Shown here: positions 8,949 to 18,958 of the stretch, piece after piece
Layout of the letters: each line of letters begins with the position of its first letter
Numbering within the stretch: position 1 is the stretch's first letter
DNA from: Deltaproteobacteria bacterium
Lineage (GTDB): Bacteria > Myxococcota_A > UBA9160 > SMWR01
NCBI GenBank assembly: GCA_032128375.1
Contig: JAQBGU010000246.1
Coordinates: 37,008 to 101,007, forward strand
Direction: 5' to 3'
DNA length: 64,000 nucleotides
The notes under the pieces: generated by a model
What the model was told of the DNA's origin: nothing
What the model saw: the letters and a program-made list of their open reading frames with translations, nothing else
Database searches by the model: none
Made by a program: the position numbers and the translations under genes

Positions 8949-8994
8949 GGGGCGACCTCCGGGGTCGGTGACGTGCACACAAGGTACCCTCTTC

Positions 8995-9486
8995 GTGGCG
9001 GTCTTACTCGCCCTCGCGCTGGGGGCGTGCGCGGCGGGTTCTGGGAGCGATCGAGCGTTGCGCGATGTGCTGGCGGCCGAAGCAAACGAACTCGAGCGAG
9101 CACTCGCTGCTGAACCGGATTCATCCGTGGCCCGCACGCTGCGTGTTCGGCTCGCCTTCGGCGCCGCTGCAGACCTCGATGTCTACGTCACGGATCCGAA
9201 TCACGAAACCGCCTATTTCGCGAACACACCCACGAAGCTCGGAGCGCGTCTCGCACAGGACGTGCTCTGCGACACACCGCTGCCCCGCGTCGAGACCATC
9301 ACACTCGAAGATCCGCTCCCGGGCCGGTACCGCGTCGGCGTCGATTACCCGCGGGCCTGCGGCGATGACCGTGGTCCGGTGTCGTACGTCGTCTACTTGG
9401 ACACAAACGGGCGACGCGAGTCACGCCGCGGGTCGATTGAGCCGGGCGAGTTCCACGCGATCGTACTGGAGGCGGATGTCGAGTGA
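8995..9486 (+). CDS. Putative lipoprotein with YfaP/DUF2135-like domain
   Basis: Lipobox LALGAC; LRVRLAFGAAADLDVYVTDP, VETITL, PGRYRVGVDY; start uncertain (GTG 8968 or 8995). Confidence 0.6.
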   Translation: MAVLLALALGACAAGSGSDRALRDVLAAEANELERALAAEPDSSVARTLRVRLAFGAAADLDVYVTDPNHETAYFANTPTKLGARLAQDVLCDTPLPRVETITLEDPLPGRYRVGVDYPRACGDDRGPVSYVVYLDTNGRRESRRGSIEPGEFHAIVLEADVE

Positions 9487-9620
9487 ATCGCCAGCCGGCG
9501 AGGATCCGCTTTGCGTCGTCGAGTGACCCACGACTGCGACTCGGGTCACTTGGCAGTTGCGCATTCGCCGCTGCGCCGCTGCCTTCCACGTCGTCGCCCG
9601 ACCCATTGTCGGTCGGGCTG

Positions 9621-10472
9621 CTAGCCGCCGAAGCCCCCGACCAGCCGGTTTTCGTTCACCAGAGCCTCGACGCGGTCGCGCAGTACGTTTTTCCAATCCG
9701 GATGCGTCAGAATCCAAAACTGCTTGTTTTTGATCGCACTCACCACCATGTCTGCGACGTCCGCTGGATCCATGCCCTTGCTCAGCATGTTGCGTGCGCC
9801 TGCCTGAAAGTCCGATTCCTGCTTCGTCATAGCGTGCGCCTTCGCTGACTCCGCAGGCCGATTGCGCGCGGCGTCTGCGATCCGGGTATTGATCGCACCC
9901 GGACACAACACCGAGGCGCCAATCGGCGAGCGATCCGCATCGAGCTCGCGTTGCAACGTCTCCTGCAATGCGACGACCCCGAATTTCGAAACATTGTATG
10001 GGCCGATAATCGGTGCCGACACCAGCCCCGCCGTCGACGCGGTGCTGACAATATGCCCCTCACCGGCTTGTTTGATCAGCGGCAAGAACGCTTTGATGCC
10101 ATAGATTACGCTCCACAGGTTGACACCCAGCACCCATTCCCAATCGGCCAGGCTGAGCGTTTCGATCGGGCCGCCCACGACAACCCCGGCATTGTTATGC
10201 AGCACATGGACTGCTCCGAACGCGTCGACGCTGCGACCTGCGAGCGATTCCACCTGCTCCCAGACCGACACGTCGGTTGGAACGGCGAGCACGGCTTGCC
10301 CCTGTGCTCTCGCGTCGGCTTCGAGCTTTGCGACGGCTGCAGTGAGCGGGGCTCGCTCGATGTCTGCCAGTACGACGTTCATGCCTTCGCCCACAAAGGC
10401 AGTAGCCGTCGCCAAGCCGATTCCGCTCGCTGCGCCAGTGACAACGGCTGTCTTGCCTCGTAGCTGTTCCAC
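9621..10472 (-). CDS. SDR family oxidoreductase
   Basis: TGAASGIG, NNAG, YNVSK. Confidence 0.93.
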   Translation of the reverse strand: MEQLRGKTAVVTGAASGIGLATATAFVGEGMNVVLADIERAPLTAAVAKLEADARAQGQAVLAVPTDVSVWEQVESLAGRSVDAFGAVHVLHNNAGVVVGGPIETLSLADWEWVLGVNLWSVIYGIKAFLPLIKQAGEGHIVSTASTAGLVSAPIIGPYNVSKFGVVALQETLQRELDADRSPIGASVLCPGAINTRIADAARNRPAESAKAHAMTKQESDFQAGARNMLSKGMDPADVADMVVSAIKNKQFWILTHPDWKNVLRDRVEALVNENRLVGGFGG

Positions 10473-10482
10473 CGTTGGGCTC

Positions 10483-11571
10483 CTATCTTGCTTGGTTTCG
10501 ACCTGGCCAATCGCTCAATCGGAGAACGCCGCCCTGAGCGTTGGGGCCGAGACGCAAGAGGGCGGGGTCGACCGCGTCGAGTGCCTCTGGCGTCAGCGCG
10601 TCGCTCGGAGCCGATTGGTCCGAAACCAACACCTCGCTAAAGAAGTGCGTGACGATGGCATTGAGTAGCCGGTGGATTCGGATCTCGGGCAATTGTTCTG
10701 CATAGGGCTTTGTCGGCCGGGGCTGGTTGGGCCGGACGTTACTTGCGTGCATGCCGTGAAGCAATTCGACTGCGTCGCAAAAATGGAAGTGGTCGACGTG
10801 CTCGACACCAATGAGTGCACAAGGCTGGCTCATGCGTGCAAACAGCGGCCGAACACTCGTATCGAGATCGACCAGTACGTCGTCGATACCGGCGACGATC
10901 AGCAGCGGCAGCTCGCGCGCGAACGGCAGTTCGCCGGGTTCGAAGGCCTTGCGCCCGACGAAGGCTTCCGAAGCTGGCGCGAGACCGCACACAGCGCGAA
11001 CCCGGGGGTCGCGTCGCGGCATCTTCAGCGCCGTCCAGCCACCGTAGGAATGGCCCATACAGCCGACCCGCGCGAGGTCGACCGCTGGCCACGCACCGGA
11101 CTCGCTCGCCACGCGATCGATGACGACACCCAGGTCGATCGGTCGGTGATGACGCGCTTCGAGGTGTACGCGCTTGCGATCTTCTTCTGTCTCGAGTTGG
11201 GCCATTTCGAAAAACGTGTTGCCAGGGTGATCCGGTGCGGCGACAACCATGCCCCAGCTCGCGAGATGTGTGGTCAGGAATGTCGATTGGCGGCGGATGC
11301 CCGAATTCCCGTGTGAAAAGGCCACCAGTGGGAAGCGACCCGGCGCAGCCGGTGCGGATTGGATGGCGTCGTGCGGGCGGTTGAGCGGATGTTCCGCGCG
11401 CGGACCCTCGCTGCCGGCCTTGGCCGGATACCAGATGTCGGTAGCGAGCTGGCGTTCGGGTGTGTCGGGGTGCGCCCATAGCGCTGTGGCGATTCCGACC
11501 GGGTGCGGGCCGCGGGCCGCAAACCTCAACAAGGTTTGCTCGGCGGTTGGACGGGACGAGGCAGGGGACAT
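10483..11571 (-). CDS. Alpha/beta hydrolase (dienelactone hydrolase/PAF-AH-like)
   Basis: FPLVAFSHG, LASWGMVVAAPDHPG, GHSYGG nucleophile elbow, catalytic Asp/His region DDVLV...DHFHF. Confidence 0.85.
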   Translation of the reverse strand: MSPASSRPTAEQTLLRFAARGPHPVGIATALWAHPDTPERQLATDIWYPAKAGSEGPRAEHPLNRPHDAIQSAPAAPGRFPLVAFSHGNSGIRRQSTFLTTHLASWGMVVAAPDHPGNTFFEMAQLETEEDRKRVHLEARHHRPIDLGVVIDRVASESGAWPAVDLARVGCMGHSYGGWTALKMPRRDPRVRAVCGLAPASEAFVGRKAFEPGELPFARELPLLIVAGIDDVLVDLDTSVRPLFARMSQPCALIGVEHVDHFHFCDAVELLHGMHASNVRPNQPRPTKPYAEQLPEIRIHRLLNAIVTHFFSEVLVSDQSAPSDALTPEALDAVDPALLRLGPNAQGGVLRLSDWPGRNQAR

Positions 11572-11690
11572 GGGAATGCTGTAGTCCGCCGCGCCGAACT
11601 CGGCAACTCCAGAACCGCGCCGCCAGCATGCGCCAGTCGGCCCCGCTGCCGCGTTGACGTGCGACGAGGCCACCGATAGTCTGCTCGGCC

Positions 11691-12419
11691 ATGCCGAGTC
11701 CTTACAAAGCTGTGTTCTTTGACCTTGGCGGAACTCTCTTCAGCTACCAGGATGTGGGGCGCTGGACTTTCAGCGCACTACTCGCTTCTGCGAAGAAGCT
11801 GGGCGTCGAGGCGGAGCGGCGCGAAATCGGTCGCGCCTATCGAGATGCCAGTCATGCGGCCAACGCGAGCTACATCGACAGCCCGTACTACCTGCACAGA
11901 GACCTGTTTCGCGACACGTTCCGCCTGTTCGCCGAAAGGCTGGGTGGTGAAGCATCGCAGGACTACCTGGATTTCTCAGAAGCGGCGCTGCGCGACGCGC
12001 TGGTCGGCAACATGGTGCTGCGTGAGGACTGCCTCGATACGCTGCGCGCCTTGAAGGAGAAGGGGCTCTATCTGTCGATCGTTTCCAACATCGACGACGA
12101 CTATCTCATGCCGATGGTGGCCGATTCCGGGCTCGACGCTGTACTCGACCATTGGACGAGTTCCGAAGAGGCCCGCTCGTGCAAGCCGGACCCCGGCTTT
12201 TTTCGGTTGGCTCTAGAAAAGGCCGGCTGCCGTGCGGAGCAGGTGCTCTTCGTCGGCGATTCGCCGACGCATGACATCCAAGGCGCGAAGAACATCGGCA
12301 TGACGGCGGCGCTGATCGTGGAGGGAGATTCGAAACCGCCACTGCAGAGCGGTCGTGAGTCGGTCGCGCCGGATCATGAAATCCGGACGCTTTCAGATCT
12401 GCTCGCGCTGGTGGCGTGA
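11691..12419 (+). CDS. HAD-superfamily hydrolase
   Basis: FDLGGTL motif I, IVSN, KPDP, FVGDSPTHDIQGA. Confidence 0.92.
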   Translation: MPSPYKAVFFDLGGTLFSYQDVGRWTFSALLASAKKLGVEAERREIGRAYRDASHAANASYIDSPYYLHRDLFRDTFRLFAERLGGEASQDYLDFSEAALRDALVGNMVLREDCLDTLRALKEKGLYLSIVSNIDDDYLMPMVADSGLDAVLDHWTSSEEARSCKPDPGFFRLALEKAGCRAEQVLFVGDSPTHDIQGAKNIGMTAALIVEGDSKPPLQSGRESVAPDHEIRTLSDLLALVA

Positions 12420-12483
12420 CAACCACACGGTTCCGCGATTCCAGAAAAAGTCGCGGTGCAGCACCGAGGGAAATCGGTAGCGA

Positions 12484-13689
12484 ATGATGAAGCGGTTCAT
12501 CCCCGAGCACCTCGACGAGCTGACACCCGAGTGGTTTACGGGCGTGCTGCGCGAGCGCGGTATTCTCGATCAGGAGCGCGTCACGAGCGCGAGGCGCGAA
12601 GTCCTCGGTGATGGTGAGGGCTTCCTCGGTGTCATCGCGCGCATGACGCTCGATTACGATCGCAGCGCGCCCAATGCGCCGCGTTCGCTGATCGCCAAGT
12701 TGCCGCAGGCGGCGAACCGCGCGATGGGTGAGATGATGGGCGCCTATGAACGCGAGAGTCTCTTTTACGAAGAACTCGCGCCCAGCGTTCCGCTGCGAAC
12801 TCCGGTGCTGTACTACAGCGCGTTCGACCGCGATCGGGGGTCCGAACAGCAAGCGAAGATCATGGCACTTGTCGATCGGATGCCGGTCAGGCTGGCGCAG
12901 CGCACCATCGGCGTGGGCAAGTGGATCGCCGGCAGAAAAAAGCGCCGCTACATCCTGCTGATGGAAGACCTGGCGCCCGCGCGAGTGGGTGACCAGGTGG
13001 CGGGTGGGTCGCCGGAAGACTGCGAGCGGCTGCTGGCCGCGGTGGCTCCCGCCCATGCCGCGTTCTGGGGCGGCGACGCGCTGCGAGAGCAATTCTGGGT
13101 CGTGTCGCAGAGCATCGACTTGCGCATGCGCTATGGGATGTTCCGACAGGCCCGCGAGCGATTTGCCGCGCGTTATGCGGCGCTGATCGATGCTGGGCTC
13201 GGACGCGTGATCGATTGGTTGTCGGATCACGGACTGGAACTGACGCGCAAACTGTACCTGGGAGCGCCCGAGACGATGTTGCATTGCGATCTGCGGCTCG
13301 ACAATGTGTTCTTCGAAGACGCAGCGGGCGATGAGGCAGCGAGCTCCGATGGTGTCATCGTGTTCGACTGGCAGCTGGTGCGGCGCGGCCCGGCAGCCTA
13401 CGACGTGGCGTACTTCTTGTCGGGCGCGCTTGCGCCTGAAACCGATGCCGCGACCGAACGGGCGCTGCTACAGGGATACCACGCAGGGCTGCTCGCGCGA
13501 GGCGTGGAGGGCTACGACTTCTCGGCGCTCGAATCGGACTACCGGCGCGGCTTGCTGGCTGTTCTTCAGACGATGACCACCATCGGCGACGTCGATATGG
13601 GTGACGGCCGCGGCGTCGAACTGGCGGATCTGTGGATCGAGCGGCTAGCCGGCCGCGTGCGCGGGTTGGATCTCGACGCGCTGCTTTGA
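12484..13689 (+). CDS. Aminoglycoside/ecdysteroid-kinase-like phosphotransferase
   Basis: LIAK, RESLFY, LLMEDL, HCDLRLDNVFF, FDWQ. Confidence 0.85.
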   Translation: MMKRFIPEHLDELTPEWFTGVLRERGILDQERVTSARREVLGDGEGFLGVIARMTLDYDRSAPNAPRSLIAKLPQAANRAMGEMMGAYERESLFYEELAPSVPLRTPVLYYSAFDRDRGSEQQAKIMALVDRMPVRLAQRTIGVGKWIAGRKKRRYILLMEDLAPARVGDQVAGGSPEDCERLLAAVAPAHAAFWGGDALREQFWVVSQSIDLRMRYGMFRQARERFAARYAALIDAGLGRVIDWLSDHGLELTRKLYLGAPETMLHCDLRLDNVFFEDAAGDEAASSDGVIVFDWQLVRRGPAAYDVAYFLSGALAPETDAATERALLQGYHAGLLARGVEGYDFSALESDYRRGLLAVLQTMTTIGDVDMGDGRGVELADLWIERLAGRVRGLDLDALL

Positions 13690-13735
13690 GTCCTTCTCAG
13701 AGTCCTTCTCAGAGTCCTTCGCGGAGTCCTTCGCG
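13688..13735. repeat. Tandem array, 4 copies of a 12-bp unit GAGTCCTTC(TCA/GCG)
   Basis: Read directly; begins inside the stop codon of the phosphotransferase gene. Confidence 0.9.
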
Positions 13736-13922
13736 CAGTCAGAGCAGGTGACTTTTCGGTTACCAGCAGAATCGTTCAGTGATTGTGTTGCGCGGACCAC
13801 CTGAGACTCAAGGTCAAACACTTCACTCCGATAGGTGTTCTACTGCCGATCGGATCTACGCATAGGACATTCGCGGTCCGGCCGGTTCGGGTATTCTGAA
13901 ATGAGCACGCGCTGGAGCCAAG

Positions 13923-15905
13923 TTGATTACTGACGAACATGAGCCTCGCGGCGCAACGGTAGGTCAGAGCCATCCTGGCCGGGCGGGCGGGCGCTTCAAG
14001 TGGCATCACATCTACTACTTGCTGGCGGTGTTCGACCTCGCCACGGTTTCGCTCTCGCTGCTGCTCACGCACCAGATCCTGAATATCTACCGGGATTCGG
14101 TCGGGGAGAATCAGTCGTGGACGGCGCGAAGTGGTCGTTTCGGCGATCTCGCTCATCTCAGCTCCGCGGTGAACGCGCCTGGCAACGACGTCTTCGAATC
14201 CCGAGACGCGTCGCGCGAGTCCTCGCTGCTCGAAGAGGCACTGACGGAGTTCGACCAGGCAGTGGCGATGACCCGGTCGGACCTCGCGAAAAACGTCGAT
14301 GAAGAAGTAGCAGCGCCGCTGTCGGCAGCGCTCGGTCGCACGCAGTCCGCGATGGCAGCCATGGCGGACGAAGCCCGGGTCATCTTCGAGCACTTCGAAA
14401 ACGAGCCGGAGACCGCAGGCCGGCACATGGCGGCGATGGATCGCCTCTACGCGGACGTCCGCGGCGGTTTAGACGAGGTTCAACGCGGGGTCAGTGCGAT
14501 CCAGACGTCGAACCTGCAGCGCCAGACCGAGGCCGCCGCGTCTCTCGGTCGCTACGAGTACGTGGTGGGGGCGTTCATCGTTCTGATGGTCGCAGCCATC
14601 ACGGCCTACGGAACCCGTCTGTCTCGAAAAATTGAGGCGGACCAGCATGAGCGGGATCGCTACCTCGCGAATCTACAGGAGGCCGAGGCGCGCACGCGGG
14701 CGATCCTGGAAAATGCGGCTGAAGGCATCCTGACGATCGACGCGCTCGGAGTCATCGAAGAGGTCAACCCCGCTGCAGAGCAGATTTTCGGCTACACCGC
14801 GTTCGAGCTGATCCGGCAGAACGTCTCGATTCTGATGCCCATGCCGGACCGCGCGGAACACGACACCTACATCAAGCGTTACACCAGCGGCGGCGAACCG
14901 CACATCATCGGAACCCGGGGACGCGAGGTGCTCGCTCAACGCAAGGATGGCACGATCTTCCCACTAGAGCTCGCAGTCAGTGAAGTCCGACGCGGCGAGG
15001 CGATCCGCTGCTTTACCGGAATGCTGCACGACATCACCGCACGCAAGCACACTGAGGGGCTGATTCGTCGCTACAACGAAGCGCTCGAGAAGACCGTCCG
15101 CGAGCGCACGGCAGGGCTCGAGCTGGCGCTCGAGAAGCAGTCCGAGTTGGCGATCAGCAACGCCGAGGCCTATGAGGTGATTCGGCGCACACAGGAGGAG
15201 CTTGTACGCAACGAGCGGCTGGCCGCGGTCGGAGAGATCTCCGCCGCCGTAGCCCACGGCCTCCGCAACCCCCTCGCCAGCATCCGCGCCTGCGCCCAGG
15301 TGGAGCGTTCCGAGATGACCGAAGAAAATTCTGTCGCAGAAACGCTCGACGGCATCATCGGCGAGGTCGACCGGCTGGAGGATCGCATCCGTGCAGTACT
15401 CGACTTCGCCCGCCCGGTCGAACCGGTGGCCAAACCGATCGACCTGAATACCGCCATCAGTGTTCTGGCTGAAGATTCGCGCAAACGCGCGCCCGACGGA
15501 GTGGAGATTGTGGTCGACTTGGACCCCGCCCTGCCGAACGCGCCCTTCGACGGCGCATACCTGTACGAGATCCTCGAGGCCCTGGCGATCAACGCTCTCG
15601 AGGCGATGAACGGCAATGGGAAACTAACGCTCCGCACCAGGCTCGACACGCGCGACGAGTCGCAGCCGGTGAGCGAGTTGTCGATCTCGGACACAGGCCC
15701 CGGAATCGAGGCCAGCCGGCTTCCTCGCATCTTCGAGCTCTTTTACACGAGCAAACCGTCGGGAACGGGCATCGGGCTTGCCATCGCCAAGCGGATCGTC
15801 GAGTCCCAGGGCGGTGCGATCGAGGTCACCAGCGAACCGGGAAGGGGCAGCACGTTCGCGTTGCGCATTCCCGTACCGCAGTTCAGCTTGGAACACGCGA
15901 CGTGA
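13923..15905 (+). CDS. Membrane sensor histidine kinase with a FixL-like PAS domain
   Basis: Two TM helices flanking a periplasmic domain; PAS LMPMPDRAEHDTYIKRY...HIIG...RKDGTIFPLEL; H-box AHGLRNPL; N box, DTGPGI and GTGIGL boxes. Confidence 0.9.
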   Translation: MITDEHEPRGATVGQSHPGRAGGRFKWHHIYYLLAVFDLATVSLSLLLTHQILNIYRDSVGENQSWTARSGRFGDLAHLSSAVNAPGNDVFESRDASRESSLLEEALTEFDQAVAMTRSDLAKNVDEEVAAPLSAALGRTQSAMAAMADEARVIFEHFENEPETAGRHMAAMDRLYADVRGGLDEVQRGVSAIQTSNLQRQTEAAASLGRYEYVVGAFIVLMVAAITAYGTRLSRKIEADQHERDRYLANLQEAEARTRAILENAAEGILTIDALGVIEEVNPAAEQIFGYTAFELIRQNVSILMPMPDRAEHDTYIKRYTSGGEPHIIGTRGREVLAQRKDGTIFPLELAVSEVRRGEAIRCFTGMLHDITARKHTEGLIRRYNEALEKTVRERTAGLELALEKQSELAISNAEAYEVIRRTQEELVRNERLAAVGEISAAVAHGLRNPLASIRACAQVERSEMTEENSVAETLDGIIGEVDRLEDRIRAVLDFARPVEPVAKPIDLNTAISVLAEDSRKRAPDGVEIVVDLDPALPNAPFDGAYLYEILEALAINALEAMNGNGKLTLRTRLDTRDESQPVSELSISDTGPGIEASRLPRIFELFYTSKPSGTGIGLAIAKRIVESQGGAIEVTSEPGRGSTFALRIPVPQFSLEHAT

Positions 15906-15927
15906 GCAGCTCCGGATGGGGGCCACC

Positions 15928-16326
15928 ATGGCCATCGTGTTGATCGTAGAGGACGAAGCCGTGCTGGCGCGGAGCATCGCCCGCTCTCTGTCAAATCTCG
16001 GACACGTCGTCAGCGTCACGCACTCACTCAAGGACGGTCAGCAGGCCTTTGACGAGCGGCGCCCGGACCTCGCGTTGGTCGATATGGAGCTTCCGGACGG
16101 CGATGGGTTGGACCTCGTTGAGCGCTGGACGACCGATGACTCGCGGTTGCGGGTTCTCGTCATGACGGCCCACGCGGGCCCGGGTTATTGCGATCGCGCG
16201 TTGGAACTCGGGGCCAGCGCATGTGTGCACAAGCCGATGGACCTGGACGACCTCGCGAGCATCGTGCTGGCCGTCCTCGCCGACAGCAATACGCCAGCTA
16301 GCCCAGCTTCCGCAGATCAGAGGTAG
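15928..16326 (+). CDS. Single-domain response regulator (receiver only)
   Basis: LIVEDE, LVDMELPDGDG, MTAH, KP; no output domain. Confidence 0.88.
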   Translation: MAIVLIVEDEAVLARSIARSLSNLGHVVSVTHSLKDGQQAFDERRPDLALVDMELPDGDGLDLVERWTTDDSRLRVLVMTAHAGPGYCDRALELGASACVHKPMDLDDLASIVLAVLADSNTPASPASADQR

Positions 16327-16442
16327 GCTCGACCGCCGCAGCTTGCATCGAGCAGATTCTTGACGCGTGGCGGGTTCAGCTCGATCGTCCACCCACTACC
16401 TCGTGTCGGGGGTGCCTCTGGCGTGACGATGATCGAGAGCGG

Positions 16443-17042
16443 CTATTTCCCCAAGAACGCGATGGTGCTGGCTTCGATCACTTCCTGGGTTCGCTCCCGA
16501 CCGAGCCGCTGGTCGACGCGGAGGCGGTTCCAGGCCTCGAACGACGTGATCAGGTCGACAGCCTCGAGGAGATCGCCGTCTGCATCGGCGAGCTCGGGGA
16601 GCCACCTCAGCAGGTCCGCTCGCATTCGGCGCGTGTTTTCTGCGTGATTGCGCTGGAGGAACGGTGTGTTCCAGCGCTGAATGTCTCCCGACCGCATGAA
16701 GGGTGCGATGCGTTCGAAGATCGCGATCCGGCGTTGAATCATCGCGCGCGTTCGCTGTTCGAGGCTGCCAGTCGAACGGGGCTCGCTCAGCAGCGGGTCG
16801 ATCTCGAGCTTGATCGCGGCCTGTACCTCGCCGTTCAGGCTCTCCATGTCATCGAAGTGTCGGAAGACCGTGCGTGTGCCGACGCCGGCGCGTTGGCTGA
16901 CTTGTTCAGCGGTCGGCAACAGCTCGCCCTCGCGGACCAGCTCGAGCAGCGCCTCGACGATCCGCGCGCGGTTGCGAGCGCCGCGAAGCGCGCGCCCGTC
17001 CTGGGCGGTGCCGGAATTTTCGAGCGACTTCTTGCGGACCAT
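16443..17042 (-). CDS. TetR/AcrR family transcriptional regulator
   Basis: DGRALRGARNRARIVEALL...PTAEQVSQRAGVGTRTVFRHFDDME. Confidence 0.92.
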   Translation of the reverse strand: MVRKKSLENSGTAQDGRALRGARNRARIVEALLELVREGELLPTAEQVSQRAGVGTRTVFRHFDDMESLNGEVQAAIKLEIDPLLSEPRSTGSLEQRTRAMIQRRIAIFERIAPFMRSGDIQRWNTPFLQRNHAENTRRMRADLLRWLPELADADGDLLEAVDLITSFEAWNRLRVDQRLGRERTQEVIEASTIAFLGK

Positions 17043-17087
17043 GATCAAGACTCGGAATCTCTCTGCCAGACATGCGCAGTGGCGCTG

Positions 17088-17112
17088 ATAGTGGCACGGC
17101 CAGTGTCATTAT
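17088..17112. promoter_or_regulatory. Imperfect inverted repeat, candidate TetR operator
   Basis: ATAGTGGCAC-GGCCA-GTGTCATTAT (8 of 10 positions pair), between the divergent TetR and LLM genes. Confidence 0.55.
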
Positions 17113-17250
17113 GCGAACTTTCGGGTGGTGGCTCCAGGGCAGCGACTCTGGGGCAATGACCGTGGCGCGAGGTGAGCGCACGCGACACCGAGAAACGGGG
17201 TCGGCGAAATTGCGAGCCTGTTGACCGGGTTCGAAAATACAGGAGCTCTG

Positions 17251-18114
17251 ATGAAGGTTGGATTGATTCCCGTCAACATGGGCGTCGAGAACGTCGACCA
17301 GATGATCGCAATCGCTCAGAAGGCCGAGTCGGTCGGGATCGAGTCGGTCTGGACATTCGAGCACGTGATCGTGCCCGTCGACTACGAGTCGAAATACCCT
17401 TACAACTCCAGCGGGAAGATGGGAGCACCGCCGGAGACGAACATGATCGATCCGCTGATCGCGCTGACTGCGATCGCGGCAAATACCTCGACGCTGCGTC
17501 TCGCGACCGGCGTGAACATCCTGCCGCAGACCAACCCGCTGTATCTCGCCAAGCAAGCCGCCAGTCTCGATTTCGTATCCGGTGGCCGCTTCATGCTGGG
17601 GATCGGGATCGGCTGGCTGCGCGAGGAGTTCGATGCGTTAGGCGTTTCGTTCGAACGTCGCGGCGCGCGCTTCGACGACTACATCGAGGCGATGAAGAAA
17701 GTCTGGGCGGGTGATGTGGTCGAGCACAAGAGCGATTTCTTGCATTGGTCCGGCTTCAAGAGCTACCCCGTGCCGATCCAGAAGCCGGGCGTCCCTTGCA
17801 TTATCGGCGGGTCGAAGGGCAAGGTATTCGATCGGATCGCGAAGCATGGCGACGGCTGGTACGCGCCTGCGCAGAATGCGGACGATCTGGAGAGCCTGCT
17901 GAAGCCGCTCGACGACGCGTGTGCGCGGGCAGGGCGCGATCGCTCGACCGTCGAGATCTCGACGATGTGGATTCCGGCGATGGAGGGCATCGACGTGGTC
18001 AAGCGCTACGAAGATCTCGGAGTCAGTCGACTGGTGGTGCCGGTGCCCGCGCTCGGCGGTCCGCCGCTGGTGGCGCTCGAGAAGATGGGCGAAGAGATTC
18101 TGTCGAAAATTTAG
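17251..18114 (+). CDS. LLM-class (probably F420-dependent) oxidoreductase
   Basis: ESVWTFEHVIVP, DPLIALTAIAANTSTLRLATGVNILPQ, GGRFMLGIGIGWLREEF. Confidence 0.88.
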   Translation: MKVGLIPVNMGVENVDQMIAIAQKAESVGIESVWTFEHVIVPVDYESKYPYNSSGKMGAPPETNMIDPLIALTAIAANTSTLRLATGVNILPQTNPLYLAKQAASLDFVSGGRFMLGIGIGWLREEFDALGVSFERRGARFDDYIEAMKKVWAGDVVEHKSDFLHWSGFKSYPVPIQKPGVPCIIGGSKGKVFDRIAKHGDGWYAPAQNADDLESLLKPLDDACARAGRDRSTVEISTMWIPAMEGIDVVKRYEDLGVSRLVVPVPALGGPPLVALEKMGEEILSKI

Positions 18115-18121
18115 CGTTAGT

Positions 18122-18604
18122 TCAGTCCGAGTAGATCAGCTGCGTCAGCGATTCGGCGACACAGCCTGGTTTGGCTTCGCCGTCGATTTCGATCGTGACG
18201 ACCTGCTTGAGTTGTAGGGTATTCGGCGCCTTGCGTTCGACCGCCGCCAGCGACCGCCTGGCGCGAACCCGCGAATCGACCTTGACGGGGTTCGGAAAGC
18301 GCACCTTGTCGAGCCCGTAGTTCACGCCCATCACCAACCCTTCATAGGCCTTCGGATCTACCGGCGGAATCTTGGATCCCAGGTGGGGCAGCAGTGACAG
18401 GGTCAAGAACCCGTGCGCGATGGTGACCTTGTACGGGGAGAGTTTCGCGGACTTTTCCGGGTCGATATGGATGAACTGGTGGTCCAACGTCGCATCGGCG
18501 AAGCCGTTGATCCGCTCCTGATCGATCGTCATCCACTCGCCGACACCTTCTTCGTTGCCGATGAATTTTTCGAACCGCGCTAGAGCGGCTTCTGCTTTGC
18601 TCAT
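18122..18604 (-). CDS. MaoC family dehydratase
   Basis: FADATLDHQFIHIDPE, IAHGFLTLSL, NYGLDKVRF. Confidence 0.92.
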   Translation of the reverse strand: MSKAEAALARFEKFIGNEEGVGEWMTIDQERINGFADATLDHQFIHIDPEKSAKLSPYKVTIAHGFLTLSLLPHLGSKIPPVDPKAYEGLVMGVNYGLDKVRFPNPVKVDSRVRARRSLAAVERKAPNTLQLKQVVTIEIDGEAKPGCVAESLTQLIYSD

Positions 18605-18958
18605 GGGGGGCCTCCGTGAAAGAGATTGGCGACTATTTGTTGTGAGGTCGCTGCTGAGAGTTGCGAGTTGATTACGGAGAGTCGCCGTGAACCGTTGCTG
18701 GCGCAAGCTATTCCACTAGCCCTGGCGATACCACCCCGAAGGGCGCACGCGGGGCAAGTCGTCGGATCATCGACCAGGCGACATTGCTGGTTGGCTTGGA
18801 GCTGCCGTGCGTTGACATCTCGCGGGCCCTGCAGACTTCGATCTGTCCCGACGCGGCATCGCGTGGTAGCCTCGCCTCCGGCTCCAGAGCCCTCTTCTGT
18901 ATCCGATATTCCTACATCCTTCTCCCCGTTTCCCAGGCGGTCCCAACAAAGGCGCGGA

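Noticed and set aside
12484..13689. Aminoglycoside resistance call
   Set aside because: Kinase-like fold only; resembles the EcKinase-like group with unknown substrate
17092..17106. Sigma-54 promoter TGGCACG-N4-GTGT
   Set aside because: The -12 GC is absent; better explained as part of the TetR-type palindrome
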